Assembly (NCBI GenBank): GCA_010093995.1
Contig: ML992501.1
Span: 2,111,320-2,175,319 of the forward strand
Length of the DNA stretch: 64,000 nt
Source: Elsinoe ampelina
Lineage: Eukaryota
Direction: 5' to 3'
Both the position numbers and the translations under genes were made by a program. Positions within the stretch are counted from its first letter, which is position 1. Each line of letters starts with the position of its first letter. Positions 38,976 through 49,288 of this stretch are shown here, piece after piece. The notes under the pieces are model-generated. The model ran no database searches, was not told the origin of the DNA, and worked only from the letters and a program-made list of their open reading frames with translations.

Positions 38976-41483
38976 CTAGCCTACCTTCACCTCCCCACCT
39001 CCATCGCCTCCCCCCTTCTCCTCCCCATCCCCACCAGCCTCCCCCTTCTCCCTCCCCCTAGCCCTCCGCTCCTTCCTCCCCCCCTCCCTCCTCGCATTCA
39101 ACTTCCTCAAAAACCCCTCCCTCCTCTCCCTCCTCACCTCCTCGCCCTCCTCCCTCCTCGCCCCCGCCTCGCACCACCCTATCCCCCCATCGGCAAAAAC
39201 CCCCATCCGCGTCCTCGCTTGCGCCCACGCCACGTCGACCCTGCCCACGAGCTGGCGCAGCAAGGGCCAGCGCCGGGGAAGGGGGGCTTTGAGGGCCATG
39301 AGGCCCGAGGCGGGCGTCCATCGTTTGACGGAGTAGGCGGGGGACGGGGGTCCGGCTTCGCGGAGAAGTTCGGTTTGGGAAAAGGCGGGGGGTTGAGGGG
39401 GGGAGGAGGAAGAGGGAGATGAGGACGGAGAGGAAGAGGGAGATGGGGCGGAAGTGGACGGTGTGGAGGTTTGGGGAGAGGAGATATGCGGTGGTGCAGG
39501 GGGGGACAAATCCAGGGCTCTGCGCAAGTAAGTGGAGAGTGCGGAAATTGTCGCTTGGGTGTGTTTCCACCCCGAGGCTTTGCGGCCGAGGTCGTTGGTC
39601 GGGTCGGCCCCGTCTTGGAGGCTGAGGAGATAGTTCTGCCAGGGGACGCGGCGGGCCATGTTATTGATGCCGGCTTGCCATTGGGAGGTCTCGGCGGCTG
39701 CGAGGAGGGTTTTGGAGGGGATGTTGCGTTTGCCAAAGAGGAGGCCGGTGCGGGCGGAGAGGCCGTAGCGGTAGGTATTGAGCTGACCGAGGAAGTGAAG
39801 AGTATCGAGGAGGGAGAGGGCGGCGGAGGGGTTGGGTGGAGGGAGGGTGGTGGTTGGGTGGTTGGCAGGCCAGAGCGAGGGGAAGAAGTGGGCTGGGTTA
39901 ATGGTGCGTGAATTGTTGAAAATGGGGGCGGTGTTGTCAGTTGGGTAGGCGAGAGGTGAGACAAGGGCGTCGTACATGGTTTGGCGAGCTCGAACAGAGG
40001 CTACGAGTAGGTTGAAGAGACCGTAGGAAGAAATATGACCTTGGTAAGTCGTGAGCATGTCGCGGTGGGACAAAGCTGTTTTCAGGATGAAGTATAGTGG
40101 TCTCAGTACCGGAAAATCTTCGAGATTGGAGAGGACGAATGTTCTGGAGTGGTGGGATTGTGGCCCTGCCACGACCTGAACGGTGATGCCGGAGGGCGTG
40201 TGGGTAGCCTGGACAAGCGGGAAAGGTGCTGGCTGGAGAGATATTGTGTCTTGGTCGAAATCTGGATGAGAAGCTATGGCATCTGCCACCTCGACCATCT
40301 TGTGTTTGAGCTTGTCGGCATGATCTTGCTGCAGAACTTCAGACAGATCCATGTCATCCATCGCGGGATCGAATAGCCGAATGTCAATATCTGACAGAGG
40401 TGTTGCAAGACCAGTGGTTTCCGTGCCAAACACGTGAGCGTCCATGCCAGTGGCCGCATTCTTGACAATCTGTATGACCAGCGAGCCCACTGAACGTCGC
40501 GCTTGTATCTCGCTGCTGGTTGGTTTAATCCAATCGACGAAGCGCTTGATCTCCTCCTCGAATTGCTCAATGTCTCGTGCAGCATGTACAGCCCAAGGCT
40601 CCCATGTGTCGTTCTCTCGGTCTTCGTCAGGTAGACGAATATTCTTCCCAACGTACTCCATTATATCCCACGGAACGTCTATCAGCTCGTAATCACTCCA
40701 GTTCGTTCCCCTCAGGTGTCCTCTCAGCATCCTAAAGACATCGTTGGTGGGCGTCCAATCCGAACACTCGGGAGGGATGTCCTCCTCTCCAACCTTTTTG
40801 AGCAGTCTCAAACGTGCATCTATCCTTCGACTCTCGTCCCGCACGTGTACCGATGGCGTCCCATTGTCGGCGTAGGTATGCATCGCATACGCGCTTCTCA
40901 AGATGGCCTGCATCAACTTGTCGTACACGTTCAGACGTCGCACTTGGAAGGGTTTGGTGACACTTGTGATGGAGGAGTCGTTCTGGAGCCCAGGGTCATT
41001 AACGATCCCACCGGCGGTTTGTTCTGGAATCGTCTCAACTGCCGAATTTGAATCTGGTGTGTCCTCTTTGTCCAGAAGCTTGAGCTGGGACATGAATTTC
41101 TTGGATGATCGTTCATATGGCGTGCGCTGCTTCGACGACGGGAGGTCTTGAAGCTTCGTCGTGGGGACATGGCGATTTGGGAGCTCTCTAGGCCTGGTCA
41201 CTCGTGGATCTGTCCCCCAGGCAATTTTGCTGATTCTCAGCGTCTGATTCGCATCGCGGTGCTGTTCCAGTGTCCGGTCAAGACTTCTGGTATTGATGAA
41301 AGGGTTGAGCGTGTGGCCCCTCGCGTGTTTAGTCTTGGGATCGTCCGGGAGGTCCACATCTGTGTCCGAGTGTTTCCATCTGGCAGAAGGAAGGCTGGCG
41401 CGACTGCGAAGACATGGTCGCCAATTGGGCTGGACTAAGCAGCAGGATGAACGCCGTGTCAACGACTCTGTTGCGCATGGCAT
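38976..41483 (-). CDS. Non-canonical poly(A) polymerase / terminal nucleotidyltransferase-like protein (Trf4/Cid1 superfamily) with long N-terminal extension
   Basis: Single-exon ORF (start 41483 preferred, 41558 possible). Pol-beta motif VFGTETTGLATPLSDIDIR, LRPLYFILK..L, SSYGLFNL, PAP-associated LSLQDGADPTNDLGRK. Confidence 0.82.
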   Translation of the reverse strand: MPCATESLTRRSSCCLVQPNWRPCLRSRASLPSARWKHSDTDVDLPDDPKTKHARGHTLNPFINTRSLDRTLEQHRDANQTLRISKIAWGTDPRVTRPRELPNRHVPTTKLQDLPSSKQRTPYERSSKKFMSQLKLLDKEDTPDSNSAVETIPEQTAGGIVNDPGLQNDSSITSVTKPFQVRRLNVYDKLMQAILRSAYAMHTYADNGTPSVHVRDESRRIDARLRLLKKVGEEDIPPECSDWTPTNDVFRMLRGHLRGTNWSDYELIDVPWDIMEYVGKNIRLPDEDRENDTWEPWAVHAARDIEQFEEEIKRFVDWIKPTSSEIQARRSVGSLVIQIVKNAATGMDAHVFGTETTGLATPLSDIDIRLFDPAMDDMDLSEVLQQDHADKLKHKMVEVADAIASHPDFDQDTISLQPAPFPLVQATHTPSGITVQVVAGPQSHHSRTFVLSNLEDFPVLRPLYFILKTALSHRDMLTTYQGHISSYGLFNLLVASVRARQTMYDALVSPLAYPTDNTAPIFNNSRTINPAHFFPSLWPANHPTTTLPPPNPSAALSLLDTLHFLGQLNTYRYGLSARTGLLFGKRNIPSKTLLAAAETSQWQAGINNMARRVPWQNYLLSLQDGADPTNDLGRKASGWKHTQATISALSTYLRRALDLSPPAPPHISSPQTSTPSTSAPSPSSSPSSSPSSSSPPQPPAFSQTELLREAGPPSPAYSVKRWTPASGLMALKAPLPRRWPLLRQLVGRVDVAWAQARTRMGVFADGGIGWCEAGARREEGEEVRRERREGFLRKLNARREGGRKERRARGREKGEAGGDGEEKGGGDGGGEVKVG

Positions 41484-41714
41484 ATATTCGCGTGCTGTAG
41501 ATGTGTGTGTAATGGCAGTGACGTGAGTATGTAGCTCGGCCAAAATTTGGAAGTGCATGACTCCGAATCTCGGACGAGGTGAAGCATTTCACGTGACCTT
41601 CAAGCAGTCACCTTTTGCTGCATTCAGCAATATTTGCTATTCATCGCTGAATTGAACAACATATCTCCGCTATGCTTCCATCTACCATGTATCAACAATG
41701 CTTTTTATGCTAGA

Positions 41715-43369
41715 TCAGAATTTCCCTTCGAAACCCGGCCTTCCTCTCTTTTTAGGCTTAGGCTTCCCCTTGACCTTCTTTCCCTTACTCCCCTTCTCCT
41801 CCTTCCGTTTAGCCAGATTATCCTCACGCTTCTTCTGTCTCATCTCCTTGCCCTTCCGGACTCCCTCTTGTCTATCCTGCCATTCCTTCTCACTCTTGCC
41901 CTTCTGCTTCTCCTTCCGCTTGAGCGCTTTCTTGAGCAGGCTCGTGTCGTCCTTTACCTTTTCACCGTACACTCTCTTCTTCGCGCTCAACCAAGCATCC
42001 TTCTCTTCAATCTCCTTTCTTTTGCTCTCATCATAGCCCCTCAAACGTTCCTGCTTCTTCTCCGCAGCCTGCAAAGCACCCTTGACATCCTGAGGGCCTT
42101 TCCGCTTCTTCACTTCCCTTAAGCCTTCCAGATCGGCATTGGCAGTGGCACCATCTTCAAAGGCTACTCGACCGAATGAGAAGTTGTTCTGCTCGCTCCG
42201 TGGGCTGAATATATCTGTACTGAGCGGACTGCCACTTCCTTGTAGTCGTTCCTGGTTCAATCGTTCCTCCTCAGCCTTTGCCTTTTGACGCAGCTCCTTC
42301 TTGTGCTGTTTGCGAGCTTCGGACTTCTTCCTCCGCGCTTCTAGCAGGTCCTGTCGTGATCGGACAGGTTGACCATCTGGTCCATCTGCTTTGCGCTTCT
42401 GCCGTAGGGCTTCAATCCGGGCTCGTAGCTTAGCTTCGAGCTGTTCCTTATCAACCGCGGGCAGGTTCAAAGGTTTCTGCTTGGTAGACTTGATAGATTT
42501 GGCAGCAGCCAGATCCGAATTTTCTGTGGTGGCCCTGTCTAGGGTAATGCCAGTCGACTGGATCTTCGAGGCATCTGAAGGCGGTATAATAGATGTAGAT
42601 GAAGAAGTGGCAGAGTGATTAGCTGACACGTCAAATGCGGGTGAATCTAGCAGTGGCGAGGCTGGTGCGCTCGAGTCTTGTTCGTCTACGAGGCCTGTGG
42701 TGTCGATTATGTCGATGTCATCCGCTCCAGCGCCTGCCGCGTCTTCGACCTCCTCTGTATTGTCATCCTCTGCATCTCCTGTGCTCGAGCTAGGGGCTTG
42801 CTCTTTCTGTTTCTGTTCCTCTTTCCGAGCCTTTTTTACCTCGGCCTTCTGTTTCTGCCTCTCAATCTTCTCTTTCTGCCGATCTCGTTTCTCTTTTCGT
42901 TTCTCTGCCTTCGATCGCCCAGGTACTGGTTCGTTTGCTTGGGATGTGTTGCCCGACCTTGCCTTCTTCACCGGTCTTTGCCCTTCTGCGGGTGCGCCTT
43001 CCGTTTCTGCCTCGTTGTCGGATTCGATGCCCAATTCCCGCTTCCGCTTCTTCTCATTCTCCTTCATGACATCCAGCGCTGACTTCTGGTTGGCCGGGTC
43101 CAGCTTTGCTTTGCGAGCAGCCTTTTTCTCCTCTTTGGTCTGCTTCTTTCGTTGCCATTGATCCTGAGGCAAATTTTAGCATGTGGCAAAACGGACTGTA
43201 GGTGACTATCTTACACTGTTATCTTTGGCATAATAGTTCTCGGCTGGAATAAGAGACAAGAGACCTTCAAAAGCCTGAGCATGGCTCTCAAGTCTTGCCT
43301 AAGCGCGGTGTAAGTGGGGTGAGAAAGACATGGGACGACTGGAGTGGGTACCTCAAGATCGTCGTCCAT
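41715..43369 (-). CDS. RRP14: Ribosome biogenesis protein Rrp14 / Surfeit locus protein 6
   Basis: Exons 43369-43352, 43298-43215, 43163-41715. RLESHAQAFEGLLSLIPA, KAKLDP, GEKVKDDTSLLKKALKRKEKQK..SEKEW, C-terminal RPGFEG. Confidence 0.92.
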
Positions 43370-44022
43370 GATGGACTGTGTGTCCGAGAGATCTTCACAA
43401 TATGGCTGGTGGGTACGGACAGAAAAAGGATCGAGGCGAATGCAATAATCACGTTCCTGTGGAGAGGGTAGAAAATTAAGCAGATTGAGAGCCAGTGGAG
43501 CCAAGATTTCGCAGTCTTTAGCGCATTTTCAGGACATGCGGTGGATGAGGCTGAACTGGAGAGCTCCGATTGGTCGGGCTCGATTGTGGGGAAGAGCTCT
43601 ACCCTTTGGATTGATAGTTAGCTTTGATTCAGGTTTGGCAAACGTATACGACATGTGTTCTTAACAGCCTGGGCTGCCAACTATTTTATACTATTTTATG
43701 GAGCAATTCGCCGTCTCCCACGCTGGATCACTCACCCATCGGCACGACATCTTCATCAATTTTGGCTCTTCAGTCTCCGCAATTACAAAAGAGCTCAGAA
43801 ACATAGTCTTGATCATCACGCTTGGCTGGGTTGCTACCACCACGATTAGGACTCTGAGAGCACGTGAAGGACCAAGAAATTAGGCTCTGTATTGCTGTGC
43901 AGTACTGTAGCACTATTGCTAGCTATTCTCGTGTCTTATCCCCGCTCTAGTCGTCCCTCTAGGCTTTGGACGCTACTGTTCCCGGCTGATCTCTCACCAA
44001 ATCCGAGGACCTACCTGCCGTC

Positions 44023-45348
44023 ATGCTTCGAAACACAATCTTAGCCGCGACCGCAGCATGGCTCCCCTACGCCTCAGCTGCAGTAGGGTTGGAGGTCATC
44101 AATGCTTTATCATTTGGCCTAGGCGATCGGATATCAAGTGACGGCAGGACAGTCGCCAATTGGCACGTGGTAGGAGAAGGACACACACCTCAAATACTGT
44201 CGGATCGCATTATCCTGACGCCGCCTGCTCCCGGCCATGCGAGAGGCTCGCTTTGGTCTCAGCACCCCAATTCGGAATCAGAATGGACTGCTGAGGCTAC
44301 ATTTCGAGCCAGTGGATCAGATCGAGGGAGCGGCAACTTCCAGATCTGGTATGTGAACCACGGCGACTCTGTCGTCAAGGCGAACAGTGTCTACACGGTA
44401 CCCAAGTTCGAAGGTCTGGTTATCACGGTGGATCAACACGGAGGTCGTGGTGGTATGCTGAGGGGCTTTCTCAATGATGGCAGCATCGACTACAAGAATC
44501 ACCACCTTGTGGACAGTCTTGCCTTTGGTCACTGCGATTTCTTCTATCGCAACTTGGGCCGTTCAAGCAAGATCAAGATCACCCATGATCAGCGAGGGAT
44601 AGAGGTGAAGGTCGACGAGCAACTGTGCTTTTCCTCCTCCAAAGTGGCCCTCCCTTCTGGCTACACCTTTGGTATGACGGCCGCTACTTCCGACAATCCT
44701 GATTCCTTCGAGGTCAACAAGTTTGCCGTGATCAAGACTCACAACCAGCCTCATCCGGGTCACTTTGCCGAGCCAGCTTCCCAGCAGCAACAGCAACGAC
44801 TACCCGAGCACCATTTGCCCAACGCCCCTGAACAGATCCCCGATCGGGATGCCGCGAGCATTAAGAAGCAGGAAGAACAGTTCGCCGATCTCCATAATCG
44901 TCTTCAGGGCATGTCACACCAGGTCAACAACATCTTTAATGAGTTCGATAGACTCTCAAGGGATCTCAATGCCAAACATGCAGAGCTGATGTCAAAGAGT
45001 GCAGGCGCTCGAGGTTCGGATGAGACACTTCGTACCATCAGCAGCCGCGTGGAGAACATTGAGCACATCATCCACGGTATCGAGCGGGATGTGTCATCAC
45101 GGGATTATGGTCACCATTTGAATGAGCTTCACGAAGCGGTCACGGCTCATCTGCCAGATTCCATTCATAAAGGTCAGCTGGTCTTCTACAACTCCTTGAC
45201 AGCTACTAACCTATTTGCAGTGGTGAAAAGCTCTGCTCCAAGGATCACCACCCTGCTCGCCATGATTGTAGTCGTCCAGGTCGTCCTATTCGGCGCCTAT
45301 CTTTTGTACAAGAAGAGGAGAGACAGCGCTCCCAAGAAGTTCCTTTGA
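44023..45348 (+). CDS. L-type lectin ER-Golgi cargo receptor (Emp46/47, ERGIC-53/VIP36-like)
   Basis: Signal peptide, legume-lectin-like domain, coiled coil, single C-terminal TM helix and dilysine signal KKFL. Intron 45173-45220 (GTCAGC..TACTAAC..CAG) is 48 nt and read through by the ORF track. Confidence 0.9.
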   Translation: MLRNTILAATAAWLPYASAAVGLEVINALSFGLGDRISSDGRTVANWHVVGEGHTPQILSDRIILTPPAPGHARGSLWSQHPNSESEWTAEATFRASGSDRGSGNFQIWYVNHGDSVVKANSVYTVPKFEGLVITVDQHGGRGGMLRGFLNDGSIDYKNHHLVDSLAFGHCDFFYRNLGRSSKIKITHDQRGIEVKVDEQLCFSSSKVALPSGYTFGMTAATSDNPDSFEVNKFAVIKTHNQPHPGHFAEPASQQQQQRLPEHHLPNAPEQIPDRDAASIKKQEEQFADLHNRLQGMSHQVNNIFNEFDRLSRDLNAKHAELMSKSAGARGSDETLRTISSRVENIEHIIHGIERDVSSRDYGHHLNELHEAVTAHLPDSIHKGQLVFYNSLTATNLFAVVKSSAPRITTLLAMIVVVQVVLFGAYLLYKKRRDSAPKKFL

Positions 45349-45853
45349 TATATAACTAGCATGAGGACTACACGGGACTTGTGGTGCGCGACTGCGGGTT
45401 AAGGTCCATTGGGGTTGTATATGTTGTATAGCAAGCGACCATTCACGTTTTTTATTTGTACAAACTCCTCCCCTGCCACATGCTATTCTGGTCCCTCTGC
45501 CCATTTGAAAAATGCCCGGAGTGCAAACTGTTGGACAACAATACCGAACGCTAGGCGACGAAAGTGATGACCAAGTGAAGGGTTATTTAACAATAGTTGT
45601 GAAAGAGCATCTGGCGCCTTGACACATGCAAGCAATAGCATGTGATAGCACACAATAGTCAAACACTCAACCGCCATCTATTCAACCTCTGCCTGTCCTC
45701 CTCCCTCTCCCACACCAGCATCCTTTACACGCCAACATTCTTCCCCTCATTCACACAGTACAATCGTACACATCACTACGACCTCCCACCAGAGGTCCTC
45801 ACATACAGTCCACTCCGACCTGCCAGGGATATCCCCACAACTCACACCAACCA

Positions 45854-46382
45854 ATGTCCACCACCGCCCCGCTAACCGAGCACGAAGCCGCCTTCGTCAC
45901 CGCCATGAAAACCAACGACGACAAACCCCGCAGCCGTAGCCGCCGCCGAGAAGGAATACTGGCAAGTCAGCGCCGCCGCCATGCAGCACGTCGACCTTTA
46001 CAAGGAGTACGACGTGCACTTGCCACCACCCGAGACCAAGGCGGCGTGGAATAAGTTCTTGGAGTGTCATGATTGCGTGGAGCAGAAGGAGAAGGATGCT
46101 GGTGAGCGGGTTGACTTTGCGGAGTACCTGAGGGAGTATAAGGTGCGGATTGATCTGTTGGATCATAAGGGGGAGGGGAGGAGGAGGGTGGAGGAGTTGT
46201 TGAGTGGTGGTGGTGGTGGTGGTGGTGGTGGTGATGGTCGGGAAGATGCAGCCCAGGTGGATAAGGCTGTTGTTGTGGAGGGCGGTGATAGCCAGGAAGG
46301 CTATGAGCGTGTGCTTGAGATGATCGCGAAAGGCAGCTTTGCACCGCTGGCGAGTGGCTTGCGCAGTTGTGAACATGGGTAG
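45854..46382 (+). pseudogene. Small hypothetical gene interrupted by an apparent +1 frameshift (or an intact 133-aa gene starting at 45981)
   Basis: MSTTAPLTEHEAAFVTAMKTNDDKP in one frame continues as AAVAAAEKEYWQVSAAAMQHVDLYKEY.. in another across the C4 run at 45926-45929. Confidence 0.45.
46206..46232 (+). repeat. (GGT)9 microsatellite encoding poly-Gly
   Basis: Nine perfect GGT units. Confidence 0.9.
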
Positions 46383-46656
46383 AACGGAGTGTTAACATGC
46401 TTCATCGAACTTTCTGGTAGTGATTTCGTTGGTCTATGCAAGTGCTCTGTGTGCTTTATTCGTCTCCGTTCCAAGAAGGCTGTGATATCCGCTAGTATAT
46501 GCGTCCTGTGATCAGGTGAGAGTGAGTGTGAGGGACTGGGCATGCCACTCAAGCCCTTAAGATCTGGGATGTATGGATATGATCGACTCCAAGGTCTATC
46601 GACTCCTACCAGCATCGTGACGAGCACCCGCACAGAGGAATGGGTTTATTCGTATA

Positions 46657-47029
46657 GAATACACTACTGACGTATGGAAGGAGAGGCTCCTCGAGAACGG
46701 CTCGAAATGGTTTGTTCCTACGGAGCTCTTGCGCCAAAGAATTCGCTCGGTGTACAATACTGGAGAGAATCGTCTCGGATATGTGGTGGTGCATGTTGGA
46801 GCTAATATGTTTCATTTGAAGTTCGCTATGCGCAAATCAATGTCATCCTCAACCGCTACTTCTGTACTCGGTTTATCTGTAAGGCGCATCCGCGCGAGCC
46901 ACGGCTGCCAACTCAGGCTCCCTATCAAAAGTCAGCTATCGAGAATTCTTTGACGCGAGGACACCGAGGAACAAACCACTTCGAGCCGTTCTCGAGGAGC
47001 TTCTCCTGCCATATGTCAGTGATGTCTTC
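46657..47029. repeat. Imperfect inverted repeat: 46657-46744 is the reverse complement of 46943-47029
   Basis: Core ACTGACgTATGGaAGGAGAgGCTCCTCGAGAACGGCTCGAAaTGGTTTGTTCCT has 4 mismatches in 54 nt against NDUFS8 intron1-exon2-intron2, continuing with small indels to CAAAGAATTC. Confidence 0.92.
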
Positions 47030-47686
47030 CAAAAGAGTCTCCACTAGAAAGTTCTTCTCCAGAAGATTCTCCTCAAAACTCACCTTATTGTACAAAAGTT
47101 CTTCCCTAGTCTCGGTGGCATATTCGGCGTTCGGGCTCTCGACGATGGCATCGACGGGACATGACTCCTGGCAGAAACCGCAGTAGATGCACTTGGTCAT
47201 GTCGATGTCGTATCTAGTCGTCCTTCTCGATCCATCTTCTCGCTCCTCGGCCTCGATGGTGATGGCTTGGGCAGGGCAGATGGCTTCGCAGAGCTTGCAA
47301 GCAATGCAGCGCTCTTCTCCAGTAGGATATCTCCGCAGAGCATGCTCACCACGGAAGCGAGGGGAGATCGGGCCCTTTTCGAAGGGGTAGTAGATGGTGT
47401 AGGGTGGGCGGAAGAATTGCTCTAAGACGACCCACATTCCTCTGAACATCTCGGTGAGGAGAAAGTAATTTCCTGCTTTATCCCATACACTCTCCTCGTG
47501 TTCATTCCATCTCTTCGGACGAGGGAGGCGAAAGCCCTGTGGAGGTGGACCTTCGCTGGTGGCGAGGCGATGTGATGATACCGAGAACGCGGCTCGGCTG
47601 GCTGGTGTGGTCTGTCGGATCAATGGCGCAAATGCTGAAGCTGGCCGGCTGCGTAGCAGCGCTGTGACGGGGCGTGCTGCTGCCAT
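46873..47686 (-). CDS. NDUFS8: NADH:ubiquinone oxidoreductase 23 kDa Fe-S subunit (TYKY)
   Basis: Exons 47686-47084, 47005-46977, 46921-46873. Presequence, [16 protein letters not shown], two 4Fe-4S motifs [12 protein letters not shown] and [12 protein letters not shown], end [16 protein letters not shown]. Confidence 0.96.
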
Positions 47687-48108
47687 TATATGTGACGGGG
47701 CTGGTTGAATATAGCTTGAGGATCGCAAATGTCAAGAAACAAAGTCGCGGAGTTGGTCAAATCGTCTGCATTGCTATTGGCTCAATTAGCCGCGCGCGGC
47801 TAGAGCATCGTCATGAAGCATGTTGTGGTCGGCGATGCGTGAGACGTAGGGTAGGCAATGTTCGGAGGCTGACAATCACTGTCGGTTCCACATTTCAGAC
47901 CCATCGAATTATCTGTAACACCGGTTCGGAGATGATCTTATACCTGCCATAGGCCTGGCATCAACCCAGTTGAAATAGGTCACGTGATCAGTTGGCCTGT
48001 GCTCAAGTGAGCTTCGTCTGGAAATCTTCAGTTGTGACATCGTCAATCACTGAGCAAGACAAGCACACTTCCCGCCCATCCTTCCACCTGATCACCTCAC
48101 GTATCACA

Positions 48109-48769
48109 ATGTTCCGCACAGCAGTCCTCCGCTGCGCACGTCAGGCGGCCCCCGGTGTACCGCGACCAGTCTACCAGAGCATCTACCGCCAAACCCCGTC
48201 CATCTCAAGAAATGCTCCCCGTCTAGCTGCCGTGCCGTCGATAAGGCTATACTCAGCGCATGCTGGTCTCAGCAAAGACGAGGTCGAGGGCCGCATCCTG
48301 GACCTCCTGAAGAACTTTGACAAGGTCAGTCAGCCTATGCAGGTGGACTCAAGTAGATAGCTAACGTTTTAAAGGTGACCGACGCTTCGAAGGTACCATA
48401 ATTGACTCCCGATCAATCGACCTATACTGAGTTCTTGTCACAGCTTAAGGGCGATGCTCACTTCACCAACGACCTCGGGCTCGACAGTCTGGATACGGTA
48501 GAAGTTGTAATGGCGATTGAGGAGGTATGCGATGCATGAGAAGGATTGGGAATACGTCAACTAATGGTTGGCAGGAATTCAGCATTGAGATTCCAGACAA
48601 GGATGCAGATGCTATTCACAGTGGTAGGTTAGGAAACATGCATGGCCCATCCAGCACTAACAGGTCTTTAGTCGCTCAAGCTGTTGACTACATCCATTCG
48701 TCTCCAGATGGTATGATGACCGACTGTTCCCCTAGCCATCTCACGTACTAATAAAGCTTAGCGCACTGA
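48109..48769 (+). CDS. ACP1: Mitochondrial acyl carrier protein (complex I subunit NDUFAB1)
   Basis: Six exons: 48109-48324, 48375-48392, 48444-48524, 48575-48623, 48672-48710, 48762-48769. Presequence and phosphopantetheine site [20 protein letters not shown]. Confidence 0.94.
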
Positions 48770-49288
48770 GGTGGAGACATGGATGATCTGTACTACATAG
48801 GCGTATGGGCAGAGGTCTCGATGGATGATTGACTCTTCGGATAGCGCAGTGGGAATAGAGCCACGCCCTAGAGAACCGATTGTACATGCATAATCCAGCA
48901 CTCTCATCGTATCACTCTTCTCCCCTCAAGCATCTGATTCGGAAGACACTGCATATTCAGTTTCATGTCACGCGTAAACAAGTTATACCGAATGAGGCTC
49001 ACAGAGCTCTGCTTCTGATGCCAAGCCAGGTGTTGTATGCTTTGTTGCGGGCCTGCCTTGTGTACTACGAATTTATTGCTTCTGCGACAAGATTTCAGTA
49101 CAAAATATTCACCACACTCAAATTTGCAATAACACTGTCACTCACTCGCAACCACTGTCTATCAATTCATGGCCGTTTAGGAATCGAAGTCGTTGCCGCC
49201 AATTCCCTTGTATGCTCCGCCACGAAGCCCCCCCTCACTCCTGACCTTCGACCATCATCCGCATTCAGCACAACCTTGAGCACAACCA

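Noticed and set aside
38859..39964. Overlapping Pro-rich and Gly-rich ORFs in several frames
   Set aside because: By-products of extreme C/G skew that removes stop codons.
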